This document shows positions 23,844 to 36,724 of a DNA stretch of 64,000 bases, piece after piece; within the stretch, counting starts at the first letter, position 1; each line of letters opens with the position of its first letter. A program made the position numbers and the translations under genes. The notes below the pieces were generated by a model, which saw nothing but the letters and a program-made list of their open reading frames with translations, was not told the DNA's origin and did not search any database. The DNA is from Phoronis australis (lineage: Eukaryota; Animalia; Phoronida), in assembly GCA_002633005.1 (NCBI GenBank), contig NMRA01000098.1, positions 367,915 to 431,914 on the forward strand, given 5' to 3'.

Positions 23844-26800
23844 GTTAGTCCCAGTAATTATAATTCTGCTAATTAGTCTTCGCAATAACTTCAGCGAATT
23901 TATGGACACGGTCCAAAAACCGCTAGAGCTCAGCTAACCTATTGCCTATTTCGTGAAAAGTGTTATAAGAGTACAGGTTCAGTACGCTACCAAACATTTG
24001 GCTAAGCAAGACTGATAACACTCAGCAGTGCAGTTCACACATGTGCTGCTAGGCGGCGACACATCCTACTGTGCCCTATTTGCCTTGGCACATCACCTCA
24101 GTTTGTAAATAATGAATAGTCAGTGGCTGTTTTCAGACACTCTTGAGTAGGTAACTACTTGGAACACAGGTTTGCCTACATTTTACGAATTATAATGGTA
24201 CCTGGCGGTGGTAGTTGCAAGGCCTACATAAACCAAAATATGTTACGTGGAGTAACACCAACTGCTTACAAACGGACATTGAAAAAGTCGATTGTTGTAG
24301 TCGGCAGAATATGTGGAAATATCAACATGTTTCCAATGTCTTATTCCCCACGCCATTTTATCAACAGTACATTTGCTGTAAAGTTAATGTGGTGATTAGA
24401 GAAAAAGACGATCGACAACAGTTATCTTACTAAGCTACTTTTTACTTGGACATGTCATCTGCAAACGAGAGTAATCTTCAAGGGTTTCTTCTGGCAGAAG
24501 TGGAAACAGACGCTAGAATCTTACTTGAAAGTGGCTTTTTTAAAAGCAATATCCCATAAATTTGGAATTTCAAACTTGACTTGTGAAGGAAATGTGAACA
24601 GAACAGAAGATGTGCAAAATGTTATAATCCTTGTATATTTTGAAGCAACTGGGAAGGTAGCACATCCCAAATTTCTCTGAAAACCGTTGGTCTTGAAAAC
24701 TATTAGCAAAGCCATTACAAATGAACAGCGCTAGTTTCAGAATGTGTTTGCCAGAAGATGTTCTGCAAATTAGTGTTCGATCACCCTGGCTAAACCGTCA
24801 AAGTCATGTCACTAAAAATATTATTCAAGTGCAGAGGTTGTTCTCAAGATGTCTTCATATACTTCCAATTCAAATCGGTAAATAAAACAACAAGTCTAGA
24901 ATGGATCAACTGAAATTTGAAATTTTCGGAGGTAACAACTTCCTTTATCAACAAAAACAGAAATTAAGTATTCAAACAAATATTTATGGAATCAAGGTTT
25001 CTTTCCGACCTGTCCATTTGTTATGTTGTAAGGGACATTGCATAGATGAAAAAATACTTGTGGACTCAATGCCAATATATATTGGATTAACACGTGGAAC
25101 GCATGTGGCTATAGTGAGCATGTGCAAGACAGTAGACTAATAACAGGTGGTGTCTGCTAGAACTACCGATTACACTCAACAAAAACAACTGACTTAAACA
25201 TACCGTAATTGCACTCAGGTTCTGATGTGCAGATAAGAAAAGAGCACGCATCACATCGTCATGTACCCAGTGGGATGCAATGTGGATTGTGTTTTTACCC
25301 ATGCGTTGGGCCACTTTGTTACTGAGACGTTTTCTTCAGTGATGCTACTCTATATTGCAGCATCATGTATACTGGTGTAAGTGAGCAAACTGGAGGCATT
25401 TTGCAATGAACAGGGACGGCCAAATGTATGATTGGGATGAGCTTTGACTGGGAGAGGGTGAGGAATTTTTTCAGTGAACAGTAGACCATGGTCCCGGTTT
25501 GTATGTCCCCATGAGAGTATACCATATCTGTTCATCCTGAAATATGATGTGTGCCTAGTGTATATATCTATTTCAGAAATATTTTAGGGCTAATTATGAC
25601 GGCTGTCATCCCCGCCTTGCGTTACCTGCTGTATCTCTATGCATGTTTGTGGAATTTTACAAACATGTTCCTATCATGGATGGGACGACACAAGCAACTT
25701 TTTGGATGGTTATGACTATTATTGAGCCCGCTAAGTGTCATTGCTATCTTCTATGGCTATGTCTACAGAGTTTCTTGACAGTTTTTCATGACATTTTTAG
25801 GATGTCTAGTATGGAGATGACATCAAATTTTCAGATGGATATATTCTGTGCTAACTGGAGTCTGATTGTTTTTATTGTTGTTTGATGTACGTCTCTATCT
25901 GCCTAACCACTCAAAGAATTGTTATGAAAATTGGCAGTTGTGTTTCCAGGTTTGAGGACCTAGATGTTAATTTCCGACTACTGTAGTGTCCCCTAATTTT
26001 TGTCTTGCATCCGCAGCTCTATCTCTTAAAGTCCTTGTATGATCTTTGTAAAAATTAGCTAGTGTGTTTCTTTGAATATGAAAATGGATGAATAGTTAAT
26101 TCTTTCAGACCGATCCGAATGCTGCCGTGCCCCCTGATGACGATTTTATTTTTTTACGTTTTGACTACATATCTTCAGATTTTTTTTACAGATTTTCATG
26201 AATGACTGATTTTCGAATAGTTAGGAGAGTACAACTGATGAGGATTTTAGGACAAATCTGACTACTGTACTTAGGATGGATTTGACCTTGGTTGTGTCCC
26301 CTAGTAGCTTTTTATTACCATATTTTTATGCCTGTTCTTTGTTGTCTTCTTGCCTGTCTTCCAAACTGCTTAAATGAATCATGGTCAATGGTGGCGGGCT
26401 CTTGAAGAGAGTCTTGCTAGGTTTGCTTTGCTCTCTCCAGAGACTATTTTAAGTATTGCTGCCTTTACTGGGAATGTTTAAAGTGTTCCCTTGTATATCT
26501 ATGCATGAGGTGCGTACATGTCAATGCTCCCTCTTGTCTGCTAATGATTAGCTGCTTTATTGTACAAATTATTTAAGCCCGCCTTTTTCCTCTCCTGCCA
26601 TTTTTTCTCTCATTTTTTTTCTCTCGTGATTTATATGCAGTGGCTTGAACCGCAGAGCAGACTGTCACACTAGCCTTTCTTCAAAGTTTATTCATACCTT
26701 CTGAAAGGTGTCTGCAAGTCACTCTGGTTGTGGTAAAGTCAATTTACAATCTCCCAGCAAGTTACTCAATTGGTCTGTTACTCAACTTGCAATTGGCATG

Positions 26801-28671
26801 CATCACTGCTGGTCACCACCACAAGATTGGGTGTAGCATTTTGAATTTTAGACTCTGCTGTCAAGTTCATGGTCGCGAAAATGTTTGAAAGCTTTTTCTT
26901 TACTTAAGCCCATGAAGGTGACAGTCGAAGAAGGAATATCTTCGAACCCTGCGATCGCAGCCTTGTCAAATGCTCATAAGGTCACCCAATTTCTTCACTC
27001 TCTTCACTTATCAATCTCTCCCTCATTGCTAGTGTCGTGGTAATACTCAACTGAGAAACTGTCATTACCAGCAGATCATTTGTATCTCAGGATAAGTCTG
27101 ATTTTTTACTCTCCCGATTGAGAAAATGTGAGGGTAGAGACTTACAAGAAGGATTATGGATACTGCCCTCTGTCAACTTGGTGCTGTTTGGCTGAAAATA
27201 TACTTGATGCTTTTTGGTTTGCAAGTCTTAGAGATCAGTGTGTACCACTACCAAATTAGACCTTGTTATGTAACTGTTTATTAGTCTTCCTGTTGTTAAA
27301 TAATTTGCAAGCAATATCATTTTGCAGCTAAACTGTCTTTCTGACTGGTTCACATGTATTTATTTACTTTCCATTTTCTAACCATTCCTTTTTCATAGTT
27401 GCCATTTTCTAAGAAAACATTGTCGTTGGCCTGAAGTGCGACATTGACTGAAATTTGAAACCATCCCTCCAGTTTTGACAAAGGTCAGATGCATTCAGTT
27501 TCATTCAGATATATTTATCCAGTCTTTCATCATATGTTGGTCATGAATGTATAATTATGTATTATCAATCTTATGTTTGGCTGTCAAACAGGCACAGTAC
27601 TTTTGATAGTAGTTCACAGATAAATGAGAACAGTTTGATGCAATTTGAACATGCCAGTACATTTAACTTATAATGATCAAAACAGGATTTATTTCTTAAC
27701 TTTGGTGTCAGACTTTGATAAGTCTCCAGGTGCTTTCCAATTACTGGCAAAATTTCTTTTACTGAAGTTTTGATAAGTGGAAAAGGTAATCGCTAGTTAA
27801 TCTGCAAGCGAAATTTCGCTGAAAATAGTAGGACTTAAAAGCAAAGCTTCGGTACTCACCGAAACTTCGGTATAGACGGGAACAATCAGAGAGAAGCTTC
27901 GTTGAAGTTATTGCTAGAGGTTGCCGCAATGATATGCGATCACCTGTGACTCGCAAAACATGTTCTTTGTTATTACAGCGTAACCAATGTGCTCTCAATA
28001 GAGGCACGTAAGTAAATAAAAGAAAGCATATCTGATGAGGAATGACATTGATTATTTTTATAAACAGTCGTAAATGGCATAACAATTTTCAGTTGGCTTT
28101 GAAACCACTTCATAATATTCATTTGAGAGTACGAATGAATTGCGTTGTCTAGTGTCTTAACGATAATTTCGATATCGCTTTCTAGTCTGACAGGTAGGCG
28201 AAGTTTCGGTGAAGCTTTGGTAAAATTTCAATTAATGGGAAAGTACCATTTATCATCTAGAGCATTGTTCATTCCAGTTGTCACTCTTTCAATAGTTTCA
28301 ATTATTATGTAATCTTTACCCAGTCACATGAGCTGTTTTTAGGGGAACAGTTGTCATGGTGCGAGTTGTCATTCCACATCTTGCTCCATTTTAGTCGCAT
28401 TTACAAGACATCGATTGGATCGTAAACTGGATCAGCATGAGTCATTTACTCAAGGACTGTCTGCTCAGGCTTGCAAAAACAATGCCGAATTTCCAAACCA
28501 CCTGGAAATACTACGGTCGAAATCACCCATTATACAGTGTTGCGCAAGTGTAACAGAGATGATACCTTTCTCCTTGCCCCAGTTGTGTTTAGATGTGTAG
28601 TTGAAACTAGAGCAACTGATCTAGCGCAACTTGCTCTACCTATCAGACGAGTGTCAAAAATGGTTGCTGCG

Positions 28672-28818
28672 AAGTCAGTCTGCTCTGTGTCAGTTGTGTT
28701 CACACATACACTCTTGTGTCAAGTCAGTCTGCTCTGTGTCAATTGTGTTCACACATACACTCTTGTGTCAAGTCAGTCTGCTCTGTGTCAATTGTGTTCA
28801 CACATACACTCTTGTGTC
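28672..28818. repeat. 49-bp minisatellite, 3 copies
   Basis: Unit aagtcagtctgctctgtgtcaRttgtgttcacacatacactcttgtgtc at 28672, 28721 and 28770. Confidence 0.95.
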
Positions 28819-30241
28819 CGATCAGCTGTTCCGTTTTAGTTGCTGTGTGACAACTGTCTCTTGTGTTAATGTGACTATGGACAGTTATAACTGATGAAAT
28901 CTTAGTTTGTGGCTTTTGTACTACTTGGTAGTTGGGATGCTATTACTTTCCTGTACACCCTCAGGTAGTGCCTCGATGCACCATTATTTCCAGATGTGGC
29001 TTTTTTCGTTTTCATTTTTTGCAGCTGAATTCGGGGTAAATGGAGTAGTATATTCAAAAGTAAAGAATACCTTTTTGAAAACATGACTTTGTTACTTGAA
29101 TAAAATATCTGTGTCACCTGCTGATTTCTGAACAGTTGGTTTTGACAACATTGCACTCAGCTATCAGCTCAAAATAACATTGAGATGACAGCTCTCCATC
29201 GCCGTGAGATTAGGACTTGTTTTTTATTTTGATTGATTCAAAATAAACTGAAACAGTACCTTTATCAAGAAATCTACCATCAGAATTTTAATTTCTTATG
29301 AAATTGATGTGAAACTGAAAGCATGCAGTTTCAACTACTTTCAGTGGTTTCTTAGAAATTCACAGCATGCTTGACCTATATTGCCATCTGACTTTTATTT
29401 GGCTGTTACTCAAACTTTATTGTCTGATAATTTTCTTTAAGACTTGTGCTGTTCTGAGCCATACAATTTTACTTTCCCCCAATGGCCCCAGAGTTTCTGA
29501 AGTTCTATTGCCTGGATTGCTGTATGGTCAGTGTGTTGCTGAGAATCATCATGTTCTTACATTAGCAACTGCAATAAAATCTAATCAATTTAGGACACAG
29601 CATGGTAGACTAGTGAAAATCCATTTTCTCATTTTTTTTCATAAATCAGTTGCCTTTCCATGCTCAAACTGAGTCACAAAAGTGGTAAAGTTTTACTGTA
29701 GCTGCCTCCTCTAATATAAAGCATGGGCCATGAAGATGGTTTGTGTATGGTGGTGGCTAAAAAAATGTGAGCATGCTTGACTGTCGCCAACAGTTACCCC
29801 ACAGTTTTTCCTACCACCCACTTGGTTCAATCATTGTACTCACAATGGATTCACAACCCTACCATACATTGCACTTAGTACAGGGATTCAGTTGTTCTTA
29901 TAATTTAGTTGCGGGCAGGGGAAAACAGTACATAAAGCGTTATTTCTGACTTATGATGTTCTGAAGTAAGCCAAATTTGTGGACACTTTCCTAGGTTCCT
30001 ACTACAAACCCTTAAGCAAATATGGGTGTTATGCATGTTTTTTTTTCTGAATTTTGAGTCAGATTTAGGTGATAAGTTATTCCATCAAACCTTGGAATGC
30101 ACATTTGAATTCAGTTTTTAGTCTAGAATCAGTATGCTTACGTGCTCATTGACATTTAGGAATGTCTGCATGTGTTAGGACTGTCTGTGTATAACTAAGT
30201 AACTAAACAACCAACCAGTACCTGGCTGTGACTCATTTCAG

Positions 30242-30383
30242 TTTTTCACGAGGCCTTTGTGACGTTGACGACGAGCGATGCCTACGCCTTGGGATGTCTG
30301 GTTCTGGCGCACTCGCTAAAACGTGTACAGACAACAAGGCAGTTGGTCGTCATGGTTACATCAGGAGTGTCACAGACAATGAG
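30242..30383 (+). CDS. GYG1: Glycogenin exon 2
   Basis: tttcag|..[47 protein letters not shown]|gtaagg. This is the GT8 glycogenin N-terminus. Confidence 0.92.
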
Positions 30384-32292
30384 GTAAGGCACCATTCTCT
30401 CCTGTGTTCATGCATTAAGTGTTTCTGAAGCTTGCAACATTTGCACTCAAGTAGTTTAGATCATCAATGACCTCTGTTGGTGTATATGTGCATACTGTGC
30501 TTCTAACTCCGTCGTAAAGTTTTTTCACATTTTGTCATATAAGTTTTTGAATGTCTTTCTAAAACCAACAAAAAGATGTATTTTCTGACTGTCATGCTGT
30601 GATTGTGAATTTCAAACAGATGTAAAATGTTGGTGACTTGGTATTTGCACAGAAACTACTTTCTTACTTTAAGGACATAGAGAACCATGTCCCAGATTTT
30701 TAATTTATTGTCAAACAAAGATGTCAGCTATGAAAGTTCCTTTATCTAGAATACAAGTCTTCAGTTTTCATGGCGGATGCATGTCTTCGTTCAGTTGTTG
30801 GAAGGAAAATAAAAAGCCTGAGACATGGATCCCTCGGCCCTAGACCATATGATAAGTGTGTAAGGTTTAATGTGTGTGGATCACGCACATTAGGGAAATT
30901 GATGTGCAAAACTGCTTGAAGCATGGAAAATTTTATGGCCTGAAATTGTCCCATAAAGATTTGGCAAGTTGATGAAATTGAAATCAGCTGAAGTTGTCTA
31001 GGTGGACTTTTATTGGACGCCTGAATAATATATTTAAAGAAATGTTTGTGGATTGATACAAAATCGAGCTTTAACTTGTACAATATGTGAATTTTGCACT
31101 TTTGGAAAAATGTGCCACGCCCGGTGGTGCTGCAAGTGTACATTTTGTGTGTCATCCATTCACTCAATAGTCAATGGTGTGCCTTTGTCTGTCATGTTGT
31201 TCATAAATCATAGAACAAGGTCAAATTCAACTTATCAAGTATTTTGTCTATCCCACTTTTATGTCTTTTCCTACTAGTACAAACAGGTTGACCAGGCAGA
31301 CCCACTTTGACACATTGCCCAGATGGGTCGCATACTTTTAGGGCAATTGTACAATTATTACACACTATATAATTGCCAAAATAGTTATTTTTCCATTTTC
31401 AAGGGCTGATTACCGGTTTGCTAGAAAATGTTGTCTTATGTCACCTACACGTGCTTGTAACAGACTAAAATGTTATTATAAACTTTAGTTTTATGGAGAA
31501 ATTTAACAAACTAGAAGTTAAGTTGTTGGCCATGTTGTGTGCTCAATAAGTGGAGAATGATGATAATGCAATACCTATGAACCTTTACTATCTCAAATTC
31601 ATAATTATCAGTTACTAAGGGATGAACTCGATCAAGCAATAAGAATCAATTTAATGAACATGTCTTTCGACTGTTTTGCATACTGCTGGCAAAGAGAGTG
31701 CTGCAAGTCAATTTTGCAGCTACACGGCAGACTTGCTCTTCTTTATAACTAGTTTTGGTCAATGTTATGACTTCCTGTCATATACTCCTACGTTGATGAC
31801 CGCTCTTCATTTGTCCTACATAACAATTAGTGTTTGCTCACTCAGTTCATAGAAATTCTGTATTAAGACCACTGACAGTAAAAATTCTCCAATTTGGGTC
31901 AATCTTTAGGATTTGAGACTTAGAAACAGACAAAAATTGAGCTTTATTGACTCATGGGATTTGAGACAAAGGCGATTTTGCTGTTCACCATGATTCTCAA
32001 ATTTCGGACAATGCATTTTCAATCTAAAGAAATGGAAATTTTGCAGTGATTTTTTAATTAGAGATGGGCAATATTACCTATTTCTAGAATTTGGGGCAAG
32101 ATCCAACCTTGAGCAAAGTAAATATTTTTTACTGTCTCAAATTGGAATATTTTACTGTATTAATTCTTAATATTTTATCCGTTATCAACACGCTGATATA
32201 CAACTATGCAACTGTATACATGTATATGCATTCCCAAGTTTGGAAAAGATTCTTTCTATCGAGTCTGTTTGGATTTCCGCTATTGACCGGTG

Positions 32293-32365
32293 GCCCTGAT
32301 ATCTCTGTAGAGTAGAGGGTCTGCACAGTTAGCAGAAAGTCCCCGGTTTGAATCTCGGTTGGGCA
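32293..32365 (+). mobile_element. Decayed tRNA-derived SINE head / tRNA pseudogene
   Basis: gccctgatatctctgtagagtagagg...ccccggtttgaatctcggttgggca has A-box-like and B-box-like (GGTTyGAATC) motifs at tRNA spacing. Stems are broken. Confidence 0.45.
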
Positions 32366-32854
32366 GAGATCTGATCAGTCTTTCATAACTATAAGTCACG
32401 TGATGTGGCCAACAAATGGCGTGTATGAAGACTAATAATTCTTGCTTATTCTGTAAATATGTAAAGTAAGTTTTCCCGGGGTTTGCATAGTAGGCCAAAA
32501 CGATCAGAATTAGAATGTTGCCTCTGTAGGATCTTTCATGGAACACGTTCTGTTTGTATTGATTTACTATACCTCTCTGCTAAGTAATCAGTTGCCCTAA
32601 TGTCTCGGGCTGTAGACAGTTTTTGAAAGTCCCATGAGTTTTGTCTTGTCTTCAGAACATGTAAACATGGGGTTTTGTTATAAGATCAATGCGTCTTACT
32701 ACAAGAAGACTTATGGCTTGTTTGTTTTTTTGTAAAGGCAGTCATGGATCATAGCCTCTACTTCTTTGTTTGAGTTACCTTTGTATGTATCAGCTCTGTA
32801 CGTAAGTTAACCTTAACTGATCTTTGACTATTAAGCAAAAATGTTGTTGTATTA

Positions 32855-32929
32855 ACTGTCATGAGGACACTGTCATGAGGACAATGTCATGAGGACACTG
32901 TCATGAGGACACTGTCATGAGGACACTGT
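32855..32929. repeat. 14-bp minisatellite (actgtcatgaggac) x5
   Basis: Five consecutive units visible, one with a c>a change. Confidence 0.95.
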
Positions 32930-35900
32930 AATTGTGTAATCTGTACCGCACTTATTATGTTGAATAAAAAGTTGAGAAAAAACTTGAGTTAACGGTAAAT
33001 GAAAGAAAATAGATCAAGTGGATTTTTATCTGACAGTTAAAACGATAAAACCCGCCTTCCATCACCGTGAAAAAGACTTTTATGAAATTGGTTCCTTAGA
33101 CAAATTGGAACTCATATCAGGGCTTCAGAAGAACTGACTGGTTGTTATTGCATAAGATCAGACACAACAAAATGGCTTTTGACAGCGTGTCATTTTGCCC
33201 CAAGTTTGCTTTCGAGTTCTGACCACTGAAACATGGATTACTTCAATGACGACGTCATCAGCTACCTTCTACTTCAACTTCTATTACTACTGAAGAGAGT
33301 ATGAACGATTCAACTTCCCAGTTTACATCGAAGCTCCTCTCATACCGTATGAAAGGACCTAAAACAAAATGATGGGCTCTGGTGACTATGTGGACATCAG
33401 TTAAATTAGAGTAACTAGACATGTTTTAGTACAAGTTGCACCGGATCAACTTGTCCCTGCTCAAGTACCCATGTGGACAGACAGTTGGCATGAAGGAATA
33501 AACTGTCAGCTGAGAGCCAGCACAGCTGAGTTCATGCTGGGCTGCTAGTTTGCCAATTTTCAAAATATGGTGCCAAATCTCTGTGGATACAAACAGCAGA
33601 AGGGAAAAAATGCCTTTTTGAGTCTGCCAAAGCTCTATTTGTTGCTGTCTCCGGCTGTGAAGCATTGACCAATGTGAAGATGACCCTACTGCCCAAAAGT
33701 ATGTGTATTGCTAGGACATTCACCTGTTACCTGCATGTATCATCATTGGTTACCCCAGTATAAAAGAAATGCATACATCAAACACACAGCTCAACAATGC
33801 ACAGACTTAAACATTTACCAATTGAAAATGAAGATGGTCTTACTGCCCGAAAATAGGGCACTACAACATTTAACTGGCACCTATGTGTACTTTATTGTTT
33901 ACACCAGTTTAAAAGAAACACAATCTTCAGCATTGTTTTCTTGCATTGCAGTTTCATTGACATTCCTGCTGTAATAATAAAGGAAAGTCTGGGGTTGTCT
34001 TCAAAATACTAATTTGTAGTATTTTAGATAGAAAACAATAACACCAAAATGGGGTCAATTTTGGCAAGTTTGAACTGTGTGTTATCTTCTGAACAAAAAA
34101 TCGATTGAAGAATTGTAAGAAGAAAGTTACAAAAAAGTGTTGATCTATTTCATGTTGCTCAGCTTTTAAGTAACAGACTTAGGTTGTTTTAGTTGCGGTT
34201 TCCAGTTCAGGGCAATACTCCCGTACAGGCGTCCTACATTTTGAGAAGCAATGTGAACCTGTTATTCAGTGGAGAAAACTGGTTCTCAAGACTTGACTGT
34301 TACAAAATTTTGTGTACTCGAGCAGCAAAACACTTTTTAAGATATTATCATAAGTTTATGTGCGCATTCAGTTCCTTCACTATACCCAGAGCCATGAACA
34401 ACGCTTTGTCTGAGTGATTTCCATCCTTCCACTAACTGCTGACACCACATGTGTCATAATAGTGTGGACTCGCAGATCAGGTGCAACTTGCAATGGGCAA
34501 AGTGCTGGTCTAAACACAGCTGTTGTTATGACCCAGAAAGTACCAGTCTGCCAGAAATTTTGATTACAATGAAGTATGATTTTAGCTACACGTTCAGCAT
34601 CAGCCAGTTGGTTAGGAAGGAAATATTTTTAGTTGATTAGATGTAAATGATGTTGACACTACGTTTTTGCAGATGTGCTTAAACGATTAGACGAACATGA
34701 TTGGTCTTCCACTTAGTGCAACCAACCTATTTCTGACTGCTTATATATATAAATGCTATACTTATAGCCACAAACGGCTTTCCCAACTTTCCCTGTATTA
34801 CGGCTGTCATACATGGATGATTTGCGTTCTTGCCAAGGTTACACCAGTGGTTAGGGGTGGATGTTATTTTGAATTCTCCGCAGACACCTAAGTACAGACA
34901 GTTAGAGGTCATTGTGGATTCCTCAAACATTTTTTCGCTGGCCCATCTCCTATCAGATTTCGTTTGCAAGCCATGATGTTCCCAGAAGCTAATAATCACA
35001 GACCAAACGGCAGGAATGCTATGTGTGGTTGTGAGGTGTGTGATTATGGATGAGCAAGGCTATCTTTGGTCACTGAATAAAAAGAAAGGAGAGTCGTTGT
35101 GACCTTGCTTGTCTAGACATAATTCATGTGATACAATGACATTGAACTAAATGAGAACTTAGCTGCTTTCTGTTTTGAGTTAGCTCGGACTGGTTCTCGG
35201 TCAGAACATATTTTAGATCAGTGTGACGTCTTACCGTCACAAACTAGTCATCTTTCCATGCACTTGACCGGACTACTGTAATTATATTTCACCGTCCTAA
35301 CTTTGAAGTTTCACCCTACCTGAGTATACAGTAGATGTCGTTTCACTTCTGTTCTTGATTTATTTGGAGACAAATTTAAAGTTGTACAGTGACAGTATGT
35401 GAGTGAGCAACAATGTCGAGAGTTTATCCAAAATGACGTGTGTGAAGTGGCAAGACAATTTATGACAATCAAGAAAAATAGTCTGGACCAAACTAAAATC
35501 TATTTTGGGAAAACTGATAATTAAATTCCTGTTTTATCCATAATGTTATCTGTTTTTTGTATTCTGTGTTGGTTGTTAGTTAAAAAACTGAAATAATCAT
35601 TGTATGTGGTTTTGATATTTACATCAGTGCTTCAGGTTGCACAAAACTTGTGTTATAATCGAGTGCAACATTGTCCCTAAAAGTCAGTACCATAGTTGTC
35701 AAATAAGTCAAGTTTAGTTGAAACTAGTCTTTTAGTACTGGCGAATTTATGGGGAAAATTGTGAAGGACACACCAGTTAAGAAAGTTGTCTGTCATTGCT
35801 AGGGAATTTGCTGAAGTTATTGTTCTGTCAGGAAATTCTTCAACTTTTCATGTTAATTACTCTATGGTTCTTGCAAGATAAGAACACTGTAGAGTTTTGC

Positions 35901-36332
35901 TGAGCAATCAGGTTGCCGTGACAACATAATTATACACTTGCCTTTTATCCTCAACAAAGAGTTTTAAACCAGGTTGAAAAGGATGTCTGCTTCTCAATTT
36001 GTGGTACCATAACCGTAGATTCAGGTTTAATGTTGTGTGAAATGTCAACCTAGAGATATAGGTATTATTGGCTTAACACAATTCTGTCATGATAAACTAT
36101 TCTTAGCTAGTCAGAGTGGCAAAACTTTTTGACAAAATCCTACGTCTTACTTCTTACGAAGACATGCTGACATGCGTTTCTCACACCCTTACACATTAGG
36201 TTTGTGTTGTGATAGAGAGTTGTCTAACAAATCAAAATGTTTCTTTTCACCTTTTCTCTCTTTTGATGGTCAAAATGGTGATATTCGTGTGTCTATAGTT
36301 TTGGTAGTCCTTAAAGTCCTATAGACAAGTTA

Positions 36333-36724
36333 CCTAAACTACACGGTTAACGGACTCATAAACACGGTCACGGATGCATGAACACGACTCATGGACCTGC
36401 AAACACCGTCCACTGACTCACAAACACGGGAACGGACTCACAAAACACGATCCATTCAGCCAAATACACAGGACACGTACTCATATTCACGAGGAAACAC
36501 GGTTAACAAACCGCCAAACACGGGTCACGGACATATCGCCTTCCTGGGTCAGCTGACATTTACATTTCGTCTGTAAACCGTGTTTGGCGGTCCATTAACC
36601 GTGTTTCTTTCGTGAATGTGAGTCCGTGTCCCATGTATTTGGGTGAATGGATTGTGTTTTCTGAGTCTGTTTCCCGTGTTTGTGAGTCAGTGGACGGTGG
36701 AGTCCGTTAACCGTGTAGTTTAGG
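36333..36724. mobile_element. Foldback MITE with TA TSD
   Basis: ta|cctaaactacacggttaacggactc...gagtccgttaaccgtgtagtttagg|ta. Inner arms (caccgtccactgactcacaaacacggg...ccgccaaacacgg) are also inverted, so almost the whole element is palindromic. Confidence 0.85.

Noticed and set aside
28672-28818. Regular repeats as a CRISPR-like array (also 32855-32929)
   Set aside because: The units are head-to-tail with no unique spacers, and the context is a eukaryotic intron.
33100-33850. Coding-like decayed sequence in glycogenin intron 2 (also ~37100-38170)
   Set aside because: Many stops in all frames and no motif I can assign. Probably old transposon debris that needs a translated search.
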